A stretch of DNA of 37,154 bases from a virus. Its lineage: Duplodnaviria; Caudoviricetes. How positions within the stretch are numbered: position 1 is the first letter of the stretch; each line of letters starts with the position of its first letter. This document shows positions 6,428 to 15,409 of the stretch, piece by piece. Under the pieces are notes generated by a model, which saw only the letters and a program-made list of their open reading frames with translations, was not told the origin of the DNA and did no database searches. The translations under genes and the position numbers were made by a program. The DNA lies in the IMG/VR virus record IMGVR_UViG_3300032234_000156, positions 1 to 37,154 of that record; one strand, given 5' to 3'.

Positions 6428-7060
6428 ATGGCTTATATAGAACATAATTTTTTTCCTCTTAAGGTATATGTGCGCAATGAGTATATGTACCAGCATAAAC
6501 AAGGTCAGGGGGAGTTTACCCCAGGGGTAGTTATTTCAGTAAGATGTATGCCGGGGCAAGCTGCACTGTTCCAGGTACTCTTAGATAATGGCGTACTTAG
6601 AGATAAGTTACCTTCTCATGCTTTACTTACTGAGCCTAAACTTCCAGATCCAGACCTACCTTTCCATTATCTGCAGATATGGAATTGCTTTTCATATAAC
6701 TTTACACTACTGCATTTATCTTATCTGTATGATACTCCTGTAGAAGTTTATATGAAAGACAGAAAGTTTCACCCAGGAAACTATTATGCTACAATTAACT
6801 GGGGGTCTAATGATATGAACACAGATTTGTCTCTAGCAGAAGATTCATTAGAACACAAGTCTCATCATATTATTTTGTTAGATAACGGACAAATTGCACT
6901 ACAGCCTAATAATAGGATTAAGTGGTCAGAACCTAGCTTTGTTACTAAGCCATTTCCTGAGAAACCAGATTACCTAGTTAACAAGGATTATTATAATTGT
7001 GAAGGTTTTGAAAAATGGAACACAGAAGATTCTGAAAGGATGTTCTATGATAATGAATAA
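6428..7060 (+). CDS. phage hypothetical protein
   Basis: 210-aa ORF; no catalytic motif recognised. Confidence 0.85.
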   Translation: MAYIEHNFFPLKVYVRNEYMYQHKQGQGEFTPGVVISVRCMPGQAALFQVLLDNGVLRDKLPSHALLTEPKLPDPDLPFHYLQIWNCFSYNFTLLHLSYLYDTPVEVYMKDRKFHPGNYYATINWGSNDMNTDLSLAEDSLEHKSHHIILLDNGQIALQPNNRIKWSEPSFVTKPFPEKPDYLVNKDYYNCEGFEKWNTEDSERMFYDNE

Positions 7061-7114
7061 TTGTTATATTTGTAATGTCACTAATAAAAGATAGTCAATA
7101 ATCTGACATTGCTG

Positions 7115-7145
7115 AATCCCTTGGTAAATATATCAGGGGATTTTT
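7115..7145 (+). terminator. intrinsic terminator
   Basis: AATCCCTTGGT/ATCAGGGGATT stem + T tract. Confidence 0.7.
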
Positions 7146-7174
7146 GTATATTATATTATACCTAATCTTTTTAT

Positions 7175-8035
7175 ATGATTGAAAAGCTAGCCCGCAATAT
7201 TCATAAGTTTACATTTACAAATAAAACTTGTGAGGTTGCTTTACTCTCAGACATACACTGGGATAATCCACACTGTGATAGAAAGCTTCTAAAAAAACAT
7301 CTTGATTATTGCTTAGAGAAAAACATACCTATAGTAGTTATAGGAGATATGTTTTGTTTAATGCAAGGTAGAGGTGATAATAGAAGGAACAAATCAGACA
7401 TTAGACCTGAGCATAACAATGCCAGGTATCTAGATTCAGTTATAGAAACTGCGGTAGAGTGGTTCTCACCTTATGCCCCTGTACTTAAGCTAATTACTTA
7501 TGGTAATCACGAGACTGGTATTATTAAGTATAAAGAGACTGATGTACTACAAAGGTTTGCTACGTTGTTTAACTATAAGAATCAATCTGTTCTAGAGTTA
7601 GGTGGTTATGGTGGTTGGATAGTTTACAGTTTACCTGCAGGAGGTAGTTCACACATATCATTTAAGCATAAGTATTTTCATGGTTCAGGTGGTGGAGGTA
7701 TTGTTACTAAGGGTGCTATTAATCTTACCCGTGCTCTAGAAATTTATGAAGGTTTTGATATTTTTTCTATAGGTCATATACATGAAAACTCATCACGTAA
7801 TGATGTTAGAGAATATCTAGATACGCATACTGGGAACAATGAAATTAAAAAAAGATACATACATCACTGTATTACTGGTACTTACAAGGAAGAATATGAA
7901 GATGGTTTTGGAGGATGGCATATAGAAAGAGGTGCTCCAGCTAAGCCTTTAGGGGGTAGAATACTAAAACTATCAGTACATAAGAATAAATCTGATACAA
8001 CAAAGATGGCAGATAGTTATTGTTTTCCAATATAA
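7175..8035 (+). CDS. calcineurin-like metallophosphoesterase
   Basis: Motifs SDIH, IGD, YGNHE, FHG and GHIH in canonical order. Confidence 0.9.
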   Translation: MIEKLARNIHKFTFTNKTCEVALLSDIHWDNPHCDRKLLKKHLDYCLEKNIPIVVIGDMFCLMQGRGDNRRNKSDIRPEHNNARYLDSVIETAVEWFSPYAPVLKLITYGNHETGIIKYKETDVLQRFATLFNYKNQSVLELGGYGGWIVYSLPAGGSSHISFKHKYFHGSGGGGIVTKGAINLTRALEIYEGFDIFSIGHIHENSSRNDVREYLDTHTGNNEIKKRYIHHCITGTYKEEYEDGFGGWHIERGAPAKPLGGRILKLSVHKNKSDTTKMADSYCFPI

Positions 8036-8036
8036 T

Positions 8037-8243
8037 TTGTATATTATACACATGAGAATATATATTATAAAGTCAGGTAAGGAATATGAGGCTAGTATTC
8101 CTGCCCCAGATCCAGATACTGAGCAAGTTATGTGTATGCTTGAAAAGATGACTACAATAATGGAGTTACCACAAAAGGAAGTAGAAGAATACATTCTAGC
8201 GTGGGCTGAAGAAATTAAAACAAATAAAGATGGCAAAGCTTAA
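8037..8243 (+). CDS. hypothetical protein (start may be ATG 8052)
   Basis: Short acidic ORF; its TAA overlaps the next gene. Confidence 0.6.
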   Translation: MYIIHMRIYIIKSGKEYEASIPAPDPDTEQVMCMLEKMTTIMELPQKEVEEYILAWAEEIKTNKDGKA

Positions 8244-8370
8244 AGATTCAACAGTAAAAGCATACAAGTCTACAAAGGTATCTAGACCAGGTGTGCATGC
8301 AAAAACTAAGACTAGTAAATTAAAATCTAGTAGAAATTATAAAAAAAGTTACAGAGGTCAAGGTAAGTAA
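8230..8370 (+). CDS. small basic protein ending YKKSYRGQGK (46 aa)
   Basis: ORF read by hand; the YRGQG C-terminus recurs in small phage proteins. Confidence 0.7.
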   Translation: MAKLKDSTVKAYKSTKVSRPGVHAKTKTSKLKSSRNYKKSYRGQGK

Positions 8371-8454
8371 TAAAATATTTTATATATTTGAATCTCTCAA
8401 TCTTCATTCTGCTTTAAGTTTTGAGTGTTATTTAAATTGATAATTTGACGAGAT

Positions 8455-8485
8455 AAGCTCCTTGGAAACTTGGAGCTTGTTTTTT
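8455..8485 (+). terminator. intrinsic terminator
   Basis: AAGCTCC/GGAGCTT stem + T tract. Confidence 0.7.
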
Positions 8486-8498
8486 AAACCAACTTGTT

Positions 8499-8756
8499 AT
8501 GCCTCTTAAATATGTTAAGAAACCTATTGTCATTGAAGCAGTAATCTGGGATGGCAACAATAGAAAAGAAATCTATGACTTCTGTCCTAAAGCTGAATTT
8601 AATTATGAGTTTGGTAACAGTAACCCTAAGCTTACATTAGAAACTTTAGAAGGAGTGATGACTGCATCTATAGGTGACTATATTATTAAAGGGATCAAGG
8701 GAGAATATTATCCTTGTAAACCTGATATATTTTTATTAACTTATGATAAATATTAA
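8499..8756 (+). CDS. conserved phage protein (KKPxxIEA...TLEG...GDYII...YPCKPDIF family)
   Basis: Recognisable widespread phage motif set; function unknown. Confidence 0.85.
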   Translation: MPLKYVKKPIVIEAVIWDGNNRKEIYDFCPKAEFNYEFGNSNPKLTLETLEGVMTASIGDYIIKGIKGEYYPCKPDIFLLTYDKY

Positions 8757-8910
8757 AGATGTATTGGTATGAAGACAAAGACGAAGACCAAACCCAAGCC
8801 AGCTGGATGCGGGTGTGGGTAAATATTTTATATGAGGGAAGTAATTGGGAATGGGTAGGGTGTTGTACAGAACCCTTATTTTTTGTTTATGAATATAAAG
8901 AAAGAGAAAC

Positions 8911-9165
8911 ATGGTAAATGAAATGAGAATACCAACATTTGGAGAAGATTTAATTGGGATAGACACATCAATTGAAAATCCAACAGAGGTAGAAAGTATT
9001 AAAATTAAGTTTGCTGAAATAGCAGAACTTATAAAAAACTCTTATGAGACAGAAAGATCTCCAGTAAAAAGCTTATTGTTTGATCACGCAGTAGGAGAGT
9101 TAGTATCAGCTCAGCTAGCAGTTGAGAAAGTACTAACCTATAAACATTGGGCATCAGATAAGTAA
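8911..9165 (+). CDS. helical-hairpin protein, possible Acb2/Tad1-like nucleotide-signal sponge
   Basis: TFGE..IGI....V..IK.KFA...I...A..EL..AQL...K.LT pattern resembles Acb2/Tad1-like hairpins, but is divergent. Confidence 0.45.
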   Translation: MVNEMRIPTFGEDLIGIDTSIENPTEVESIKIKFAEIAELIKNSYETERSPVKSLLFDHAVGELVSAQLAVEKVLTYKHWASDK

Positions 9166-9191
9166 GATAGCGTAATCTCCCCTAGGTAAGG

Positions 9192-9226
9192 AAATCCTCA
9201 GATTTATTTCTGGGGATTTTGTTTTT
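9192..9226 (+). terminator. intrinsic terminator
   Basis: AAATCCTCAGA/TCTGGGGATTT stem + T tract. Confidence 0.75.
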
Positions 9227-9239
9227 ATAAAAGTTTTTA

Positions 9240-9247
9240 GTATATTA
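9240..9247 (+). promoter_or_regulatory. GTATATTA motif (candidate late promoter)
   Basis: Also at 7146, 8039, 14572, 24553, 28620, a variant at 33094 and on the minus strand at 1876. Confidence 0.5.
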
Positions 9248-9272
9248 AGTATATAACTTATTATTTGTAATC

Positions 9273-9797
9273 ATGCCAACACCTACATTTCCATATACAT
9301 GGCAGTATAATAATCAGCCAATAGAAGTCTTAGGTCAAAACCTTTCACTTGTTACTCCTGGAATTAGACCATATAAATCCTGGACTGTAAGGTTATATGC
9401 TAACGGTCCTATTTCTCCATATGAACCTGTTTATGTAGGTAAGGTATTTGAAAATACTTTAGATTCACCAGTTATTATAGAAAACAGTAGCATATTACAA
9501 GGAAAGGTGGATATTAAATGTCCAGATTTTAAGTTTGATCAAAATGGTGAAAGCAATTTTACAGTTCATGGAAAATTTGGATTGTGTGGCACTATGTACG
9601 AAGTTGATCCAATGATGATGAAGTTTATTGGACTACGGGTCTCTGCATATGGTGCACCTACTCCACAAGATCCATATGCATTTCCAGTAATTGAGCTATT
9701 ATCACAAGAATATGATGCTATAACAAATACTGTTACTACAGTAGAGTTTCTTACAGTAACAAATCTATTTGATATTGAAATAAGAGTATATAATTAA
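9273..9797 (+). CDS. putative virion fibre/decoration protein
   Basis: Shares YK...ENTL...E[IV]RVYN domain with 9817..10326. Confidence 0.65.
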   Translation: MPTPTFPYTWQYNNQPIEVLGQNLSLVTPGIRPYKSWTVRLYANGPISPYEPVYVGKVFENTLDSPVIIENSSILQGKVDIKCPDFKFDQNGESNFTVHGKFGLCGTMYEVDPMMMKFIGLRVSAYGAPTPQDPYAFPVIELLSQEYDAITNTVTTVEFLTVTNLFDIEIRVYN

Positions 9798-9816
9798 AAC
9801 ATAATAATAAATAATC

Positions 9817-10326
9817 ATGGATATTTTAAACTGGATATATTTAAAGAGACAGCAGTTAATCAAGCGTACTCTTAACAACCCTGAAACAGATTTAGTTGTG
9901 CTAGGCGCACAAGTACCTTTTTCAAAAAGAGATGATGGGTACCAAACATATGCAATGACTGTTGATGACTTTGCATCTTCAGCAAGAGGATATAAAAACT
10001 ATATTGCGTTGATAAATCAAACAGATACAGATCCACCAGTAGCTACAGTATTAGAAAACACACTAGGTGTTACTGCTACATATGATTATGATGGACCAGG
10101 TTTATATTATATAACATTTGATCAAGCATTATTTACTAATCAGAATAGTTATATAACAATCTCACAAAGCACATATGTAAATGGGGCTAATGATATATGT
10201 ATAACTCAGGCAGGTGCTGTATTTTTTAACGTACTTGAGTTAACATCATATGCGGCTACTGTACCTGCTAATGATGTAATTGGTGGTTCAGCACCATGTA
10301 TACTAGAAGTTAGAGTTTATAATTAA
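9817..10326 (+). CDS. putative fibre protein, shared N-terminal module copy 1
   Basis: MDILNWI...LG...RDDGY...DF N-terminus; beta-rich C-terminus. Confidence 0.7.
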   Translation: MDILNWIYLKRQQLIKRTLNNPETDLVVLGAQVPFSKRDDGYQTYAMTVDDFASSARGYKNYIALINQTDTDPPVATVLENTLGVTATYDYDGPGLYYITFDQALFTNQNSYITISQSTYVNGANDICITQAGAVFFNVLELTSYAATVPANDVIGGSAPCILEVRVYN

Positions 10327-10335
10327 TTTTAAGTC

Positions 10336-10485
10336 ATGAAAACATTTTCTAAAGAAACATTACTTGCAGAACTTATAGAAAGATATAAGTATTTAAAAGA
10401 TAGAAATGCTACTGCAAAAAGAATTTATGCTAGAATTATAGCAAGTCAACCTAAAACAGAAGGCGATGTTGAACAATCTAACTAA
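10336..10485 (+). CDS. small hypothetical protein (49 aa)
   Basis: MKTFSKETLLAELIERY...; read by hand. Confidence 0.55.
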   Translation: MKTFSKETLLAELIERYKYLKDRNATAKRIYARIIASQPKTEGDVEQSN

Positions 10486-11308
10486 TTTCTTCAACCTCAT
10501 TAGAGGGAGACAAATGAAGACAACTCCTGAGCCTGAAGATTTAATTATCTTGGGTACAAGAGATCCTAGATACGATGGTGGATATAAACCTACTGGTATT
10601 AAAGTATCTGACTTTACAACAGGCTTACAATCTGATAGATTAGTAGCTGGTAATAGAGAAGTTGTACTAACTGATTTTGTTTACCAAGCAGAATTAACAT
10701 TTGATGCAGGTACTGCAGTAATTCAAACATCAGGTACTGGTTCTGATTTGTATATCAGAACAGTTGATGGTGATGATATCTTTATTGAATCAGGTGATGA
10801 TATTACATTAAGAGGTGATAAAGGTACTTATGATGCTGAAGCTGAAGGCGGTGATATAAATCTTTACGCTGGAGATGGGTCAGATGCTGATACAAATGAT
10901 GCTGGTTCTGGTGGAGATGTTAGGATTGAAGCAGGTGATGCTGGTAACAGTGTATCAGGTAATCAAGGAGAAGGTGGTTTTATAACTATTCAAGGTGGTT
11001 ATACTACAGCAAATGGTTTACCCGGAGGGGATGTTAGTCTTGTTTCAGGTAATAGCGTAGATAATATATCTGGTGATGTTATTATTCAAGGTAACTTTAC
11101 ATGGACATTTAATACATATAAAGCTAATCTTCAGTTTCCAGCAGTAACTTTAGCTACATTACCAAGTGCAGCTGGAGTACCTGGAGCAAGAGCAGTGATT
11201 GCTGATTCTAATGTACCAGCACCAGGAAACTTTGGTGCTATTGCTGCTACAGGAGGTTCTGCTATAGTTCCTGTATTTTCAGATGGTGTGAATTGGTTAA
11301 TAGGATAA
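10466..11308 (+). CDS. putative fibre protein with Gly-rich GGD[IV]x[IL]xAG repeats, shared N-terminal module copy 2
   Basis: Repeats GGDINLYAG, GGDVRIEAG, GGFITIQGG and GGDVSLVSG are typical of trimeric fibre shafts. Confidence 0.75.
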   Translation: MLNNLTNFFNLIRGRQMKTTPEPEDLIILGTRDPRYDGGYKPTGIKVSDFTTGLQSDRLVAGNREVVLTDFVYQAELTFDAGTAVIQTSGTGSDLYIRTVDGDDIFIESGDDITLRGDKGTYDAEAEGGDINLYAGDGSDADTNDAGSGGDVRIEAGDAGNSVSGNQGEGGFITIQGGYTTANGLPGGDVSLVSGNSVDNISGDVIIQGNFTWTFNTYKANLQFPAVTLATLPSAAGVPGARAVIADSNVPAPGNFGAIAATGGSAIVPVFSDGVNWLIG

Positions 11309-11310
11309 TC

Positions 11311-11940
11311 ATGGATATTTTAAATTTTATTTCTTGGATTCGTGGGGGTAGACAAGTTACTACTGTAGACCCTGCCAAAACACTTTTACCTGTAGGTTTA
11401 AAAGACAATAGGAGAGATGACCAATATTTAGCAGGAGCAATCTCTGTTGAAGACTTTGCTGCTGTAGTAGGAGAACCTTCTGTAACTTTTGTAGAAGGGT
11501 CGCTTGATCCAGAAGTGCAAGCAACAATGACTCCTATAACTGGAACTATTACTACTTCAAATGGTGATGTGTATGATAGATACAAAATTCAAGGAGTAGC
11601 TACCTTATCAGGAGCTACAACTTATGCATATCTTATTGGTGTAGTTTTTGGTTCAGATCCTCTATTAAGAGTAAAAGAAGATACTACTGTATTAGCGGTA
11701 GATACTACTGTTTATGACACAGTAGCTTCAGCTATGAATTTTAATGTTCTTGTAAAAGATGGAACAGGTGGTTTAATCTCTACAGTATCAGCATTTATTG
11801 CAGATGATAATACAATCTCAGCTCCTGAAGATCATTGGTTTACTTTAGTTATGACAGCATCTGCACCTTTTGAAGCACAGGTTGTTATTGATTTTACAAT
11901 AGCAGTGCCACAGGGAACGGTAATAGAATTTATTAATTAA
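11311..11940 (+). CDS. putative fibre protein, shared N-terminal module copy 3
   Basis: Start corrected to MDILNFISW (11311) by alignment with 9817. Confidence 0.7.
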   Translation: MDILNFISWIRGGRQVTTVDPAKTLLPVGLKDNRRDDQYLAGAISVEDFAAVVGEPSVTFVEGSLDPEVQATMTPITGTITTSNGDVYDRYKIQGVATLSGATTYAYLIGVVFGSDPLLRVKEDTTVLAVDTTVYDTVASAMNFNVLVKDGTGGLISTVSAFIADDNTISAPEDHWFTLVMTASAPFEAQVVIDFTIAVPQGTVIEFIN

Positions 11941-11949
11941 TAAGCAGTT

Positions 11950-12066
11950 ATGAAAAAGACTAATTTAAATGAATACTTGCTTGCTAAATATGGTGATAGA
12001 GTAAAAAATATTGATAAAAAGTTTACTGAACAAAAAGCAAAGTATGTTCAACAAGTTAAAAAATAA
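11950..12066 (+). CDS. small hypothetical protein (38 aa)
   Basis: MKKTNLNEYLLAKYGD...; read by hand. Confidence 0.55.
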   Translation: MKKTNLNEYLLAKYGDRVKNIDKKFTEQKAKYVQQVKK

Positions 12067-12071
12067 AAATT

Positions 12072-12452
12072 ATGTCAATAGGAAATTTAAAAGATTACGG
12101 TAATAAAGGAAATAACTTTCCTTTTCAATTAAAAGTATTGGAAGGATTGCAAGCTGTTGTAGATGGTAATTGTTGTCAAGATATACTAGCTTTATTACAA
12201 GATATTGAAGCCTACTTAAGACCTGGATCTAGAAGAGTAAATGTTGCCTCTTCAACAGGTACAGGTTCAACACCAGCAGGAGCATTTAGTGCATCAATTG
12301 CTAATGTAGGAACTGCAGCAGGAACTGTAAACGGTATATCTATACCAGCAGGAACAACACTTAACTTTGATGCAGGAGTACTAAACAGTACACTTGGTTC
12401 AATTACCTATAATGCTACAGGTACAACATTCATAGTAACTTATATTAACTAA
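12072..12452 (+). CDS. putative virion structural protein
   Basis: Gly/Thr-rich beta C-terminus; lies in the structural operon. Confidence 0.7.
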   Translation: MSIGNLKDYGNKGNNFPFQLKVLEGLQAVVDGNCCQDILALLQDIEAYLRPGSRRVNVASSTGTGSTPAGAFSASIANVGTAAGTVNGISIPAGTTLNFDAGVLNSTLGSITYNATGTTFIVTYIN

Positions 12453-13702
12453 TGAGCACTATTATTTCATCTAGTGGGTTAAGTAATTTTAATATACTTA
12501 ATAATCTACCTATGCTTGCAGATGCATTTGGTAGATTGAGAGTATCAGAGCCTTTAACTCTATTTGATTCTTCTCATAGATACAAAGACAATGGTCTATG
12601 GGCTACATCAACAGCAAGTGGAGGAGCAGCTGTATTTAGTGCAAATGAAGGACTAGTAAACCTAAATGTAGATACTACAAGTGGTTCACAAGTACTGAGG
12701 GAAACATTTAAAGTAATGTCATATCAACCAGGTAAGTCATTACTAGTACTAAATACATTTGTAATGGCTCCTGCTCAAACCAATCTAAGACAGAGAGTAG
12801 GTTACTTTGGTACACAGAATGGAATATACATTCAGTTAAACAATAGTACTTTAAGCTTTGTAGAAAGAAGTCTAGTCACAGGTGTAGTTACAGAAACAGT
12901 TGTTAATCAATCTTCTTGGAATGCTGATACTTTAGATGGTAATGGTCCATCAGGAATAACTTTAGATATTACTAAGGCTCAGATTCTTTTCATGGATATT
13001 GAGTGGTTAGGAGAAGGTACTGTAAGATTAGGATTTGTAATAGATGGTAACTTTATTGTATGCCATAGATTTAACCATGCTAACCTTATTACTTCTACTT
13101 ATATCACTACAGCTTCCCTTCCATTAAGATATGAGATAACTAATACAGGAGTAACAACTAGTCCAAGTACATTAAAACAAGTTTGTTCTACTGCAATATC
13201 TGAAGGAGGTTATGAACTAAGAGGTGCACAACAAGCAGTTGGAACACCTATCACAACACCTAAAACATTTGCTGTAGCAGGAACTTATTACCCAATGGTA
13301 GGACTTAGACTTAAAACTACTGCATTAGATGCTATAGTTATAACTACAGCGGTATCTTTATTAGGAATTGGTAATGGTAAAAACTATGCATGGAGAATTG
13401 TGCAATCTGCTACAACAACAGGAGGATCTTGGGTTTCAGCAGGAACAGATTCATCTGTAGAATATAACCTTACAGGAACATCTGTTACTGGTGGTAGAAT
13501 ATTAGCGCAAGGATATGTAAATTCATCTAATCAAGGTTCTCCAAGTATCAATATATTAAAAGAAGCAATATTTGCTAGTCAGTTAGAAAGAAATACTTTT
13601 ACAAGTACACCTCTTGAATTGGTTATTGAAATGGCTATTGATGCTACAGGAGGAACTTTAGGAGCATACGTTTCATTAGATTGGGAAGAAGTAAGCAGAT
13701 AA
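12452..13702 (+). CDS. putative virion structural protein (DAFGRLRVS family)
   Basis: DAFGRLRVSEP, YQPGKS and DIEWLG.G.VR.GF motifs recur in aquatic phage proteins; Thr/Gly-rich. Confidence 0.75.
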   Translation: MSTIISSSGLSNFNILNNLPMLADAFGRLRVSEPLTLFDSSHRYKDNGLWATSTASGGAAVFSANEGLVNLNVDTTSGSQVLRETFKVMSYQPGKSLLVLNTFVMAPAQTNLRQRVGYFGTQNGIYIQLNNSTLSFVERSLVTGVVTETVVNQSSWNADTLDGNGPSGITLDITKAQILFMDIEWLGEGTVRLGFVIDGNFIVCHRFNHANLITSTYITTASLPLRYEITNTGVTTSPSTLKQVCSTAISEGGYELRGAQQAVGTPITTPKTFAVAGTYYPMVGLRLKTTALDAIVITTAVSLLGIGNGKNYAWRIVQSATTTGGSWVSAGTDSSVEYNLTGTSVTGGRILAQGYVNSSNQGSPSINILKEAIFASQLERNTFTSTPLELVIEMAIDATGGTLGAYVSLDWEEVSR

Positions 13703-13712
13703 AATATAAGCA

Positions 13713-14303
13713 ATGAGTACAAGAATAGATATAAAACCTAAATCTGATCCACCTGTAGGAGCTACTCTAATGAAGACAGGTCAGACTACATCTTACCGTA
13801 CTGGTGATGATGGAGATATAGAAGCTGGTAGAGCTACTTCATTTAGTGTACTTGCAAGTAATAATCCATTTGGTAATACTGATAGATTTACAGATGAGTT
13901 AGGAGGTCAAACATATGCTAACAATATAGTTATTGATTGGTCTACTTATAATGATAAAAATGTACTTGGTTATTACAGAGTTATCAGTGGTAACATAATA
14001 TGGAATGATGCAATTGATCAATCATTAGCATTAAGTGTAGGAACTTACACAACTGGATGGAGATTAGCTAATAAAAAAGAAATTCTAAATGTATGCAATG
14101 ATGAATTAGCTGACAGTTTTAACTACGCTCCATTTAGTTTTACAGGATTTACATATTGGTCCTCCACAACTTGGAAAAATACAACAACTAATGCATTTAC
14201 AATATCTGCTGCTGGAATATGTTCAATAGCTGCTAAATCGGGTGCATCAGGCAGAAGATTTTCAGTAAGAACTTTTACTGTAACTGGAACAACTTTAACT
14301 TAA
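13713..14303 (+). CDS. DUF1566/Lcl-like C-type-lectin-fold protein, candidate receptor-binding protein
   Basis: KTGQTTSY..GDDG, W.DA, GWRL.N..E and YWSSTT motifs. Confidence 0.75.
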   Translation: MSTRIDIKPKSDPPVGATLMKTGQTTSYRTGDDGDIEAGRATSFSVLASNNPFGNTDRFTDELGGQTYANNIVIDWSTYNDKNVLGYYRVISGNIIWNDAIDQSLALSVGTYTTGWRLANKKEILNVCNDELADSFNYAPFSFTGFTYWSSTTWKNTTTNAFTISAAGICSIAAKSGASGRRFSVRTFTVTGTTLT

Positions 14304-14309
14304 AATATT

Positions 14310-14540
14310 ATGGCAACTTATAAATTCCCGCAATTTAATGTAGAAATTGTAGATCCTACAATAGAAGTACTAGTAATACATGATACTATTGCTGCTAAAA
14401 CTTGTAGTGTAGATGTATTACTTTCTACAACTACAGCTAATTTTGGTATTACTCTAGATGGTTTTACTTATGTTTCAGATTGGAATGATGAAGAAGTAGA
14501 GATATGGACTATGGTAGAGTTAACCAAGTACGAAGTTTAA
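14310..14540 (+). CDS. small acidic protein, possible fibre chaperone
   Basis: 76 aa, directly after the putative receptor-binding gene. Confidence 0.65.
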   Translation: MATYKFPQFNVEIVDPTIEVLVIHDTIAAKTCSVDVLLSTTTANFGITLDGFTYVSDWNDEEVEIWTMVELTKYEV

Positions 14541-14608
14541 CTATTTGTGTTGGCATTTTACAAAAAAATTAGTATATTATATATATGTATATTTAACTTT
14601 TTATAATA

Positions 14609-14899
14609 ATGACAACTGACCCATCAACAACAATACTTCTATACGGAATAGGTGTAATTGTAGCAATAATAGGATACTTTTTAAGAGCAGCTCATATGGA
14701 TCTTAAAAAAGTAATGGATAACCAAACTAAAGTACTTGAAGAACAAGGAAAATTAAAAGGAAAGATTGAGTTAGTTGAACAAGAATCAAGATTAAAGTAT
14801 CAAGCTCTTATGGAGCAAACACAATTAGAGATAAAAAACCTAGCTAAGAATGTAAGTGATTTATCTGTAGCTGTAAAAGAATTAATTATACACAGATGA
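14609..14899 (+). CDS. membrane-anchored coiled-coil protein (holin/antiholin-like)
   Basis: One N-terminal TM segment + coiled coil; first gene of the lysis cassette. Confidence 0.7.
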   Translation: MTTDPSTTILLYGIGVIVAIIGYFLRAAHMDLKKVMDNQTKVLEEQGKLKGKIELVEQESRLKYQALMEQTQLEIKNLAKNVSDLSVAVKELIIHR

Positions 14900-15078
14900 T
14901 GAATAGGTATTATAGACCAACGCCAATTAAATGGAGAAAGCTAGGAGATGCACTTTTGGCAGCTAGCACAACTATTACTACATTTGCAATCTATGAACAA
15001 GTAGAATGGTTAGCATATGTAGCTCTAATAACTGGTGTTACGGGTAAATTCTTAACTAACTTGTTTGTAAAGAAATAA
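14896..15078 (+). CDS. putative holin
   Basis: 60 aa, two hydrophobic segments, Met-Met start, upstream of the amidase. Confidence 0.65.
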   Translation: MMNRYYRPTPIKWRKLGDALLAASTTITTFAIYEQVEWLAYVALITGVTGKFLTNLFVKK

Positions 15079-15107
15079 CAAGTTTAATATAAATCAAAAT
15101 CAACAAC

Positions 15108-15407
15108 ATGGCAAAGAAAAAAGTAAAAGATGTTGATGTAACCTTGGAAACAGATAAAGCAAAGGTTACTGTACAGAAAAAAGAAAAGAAAGTTAAAGTT
15201 GCAGTGGATACTCCTAATGTGGATGTAACATTTAACAAAGAAGACGAGAACAACAAAGAGTTTATATTGGATAGCAAAAAACTTGATGTTACCGTAAAGA
15301 AAGAAGAAGATAAAACTACAGTAGAAGTAAAATCAGAGAAAGGTTTTCTTAAGCAAGTAGGTAAAGTTCTTTCTAAAGTAGTTCTTAGAAGATTCAAAAA
15401 AAACTAA
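15108..15407 (+). CDS. hypothetical lysis-cassette protein with beta-repeats and a cationic amphipathic tail
   Basis: Repeated D-x-x-x-[VL]-[DK]-V-T units; ends GFLKQVGKVLSKVVLRRFKKN. Confidence 0.75.
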   Translation: MAKKKVKDVDVTLETDKAKVTVQKKEKKVKVAVDTPNVDVTFNKEDENNKEFILDSKKLDVTVKKEEDKTTVEVKSEKGFLKQVGKVLSKVVLRRFKKN

Positions 15408-15409
15408 TC

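Noticed and set aside
13713-14303. Complete diversity-generating retroelement
   Set aside because: No reverse transcriptase or template repeat seen in this window
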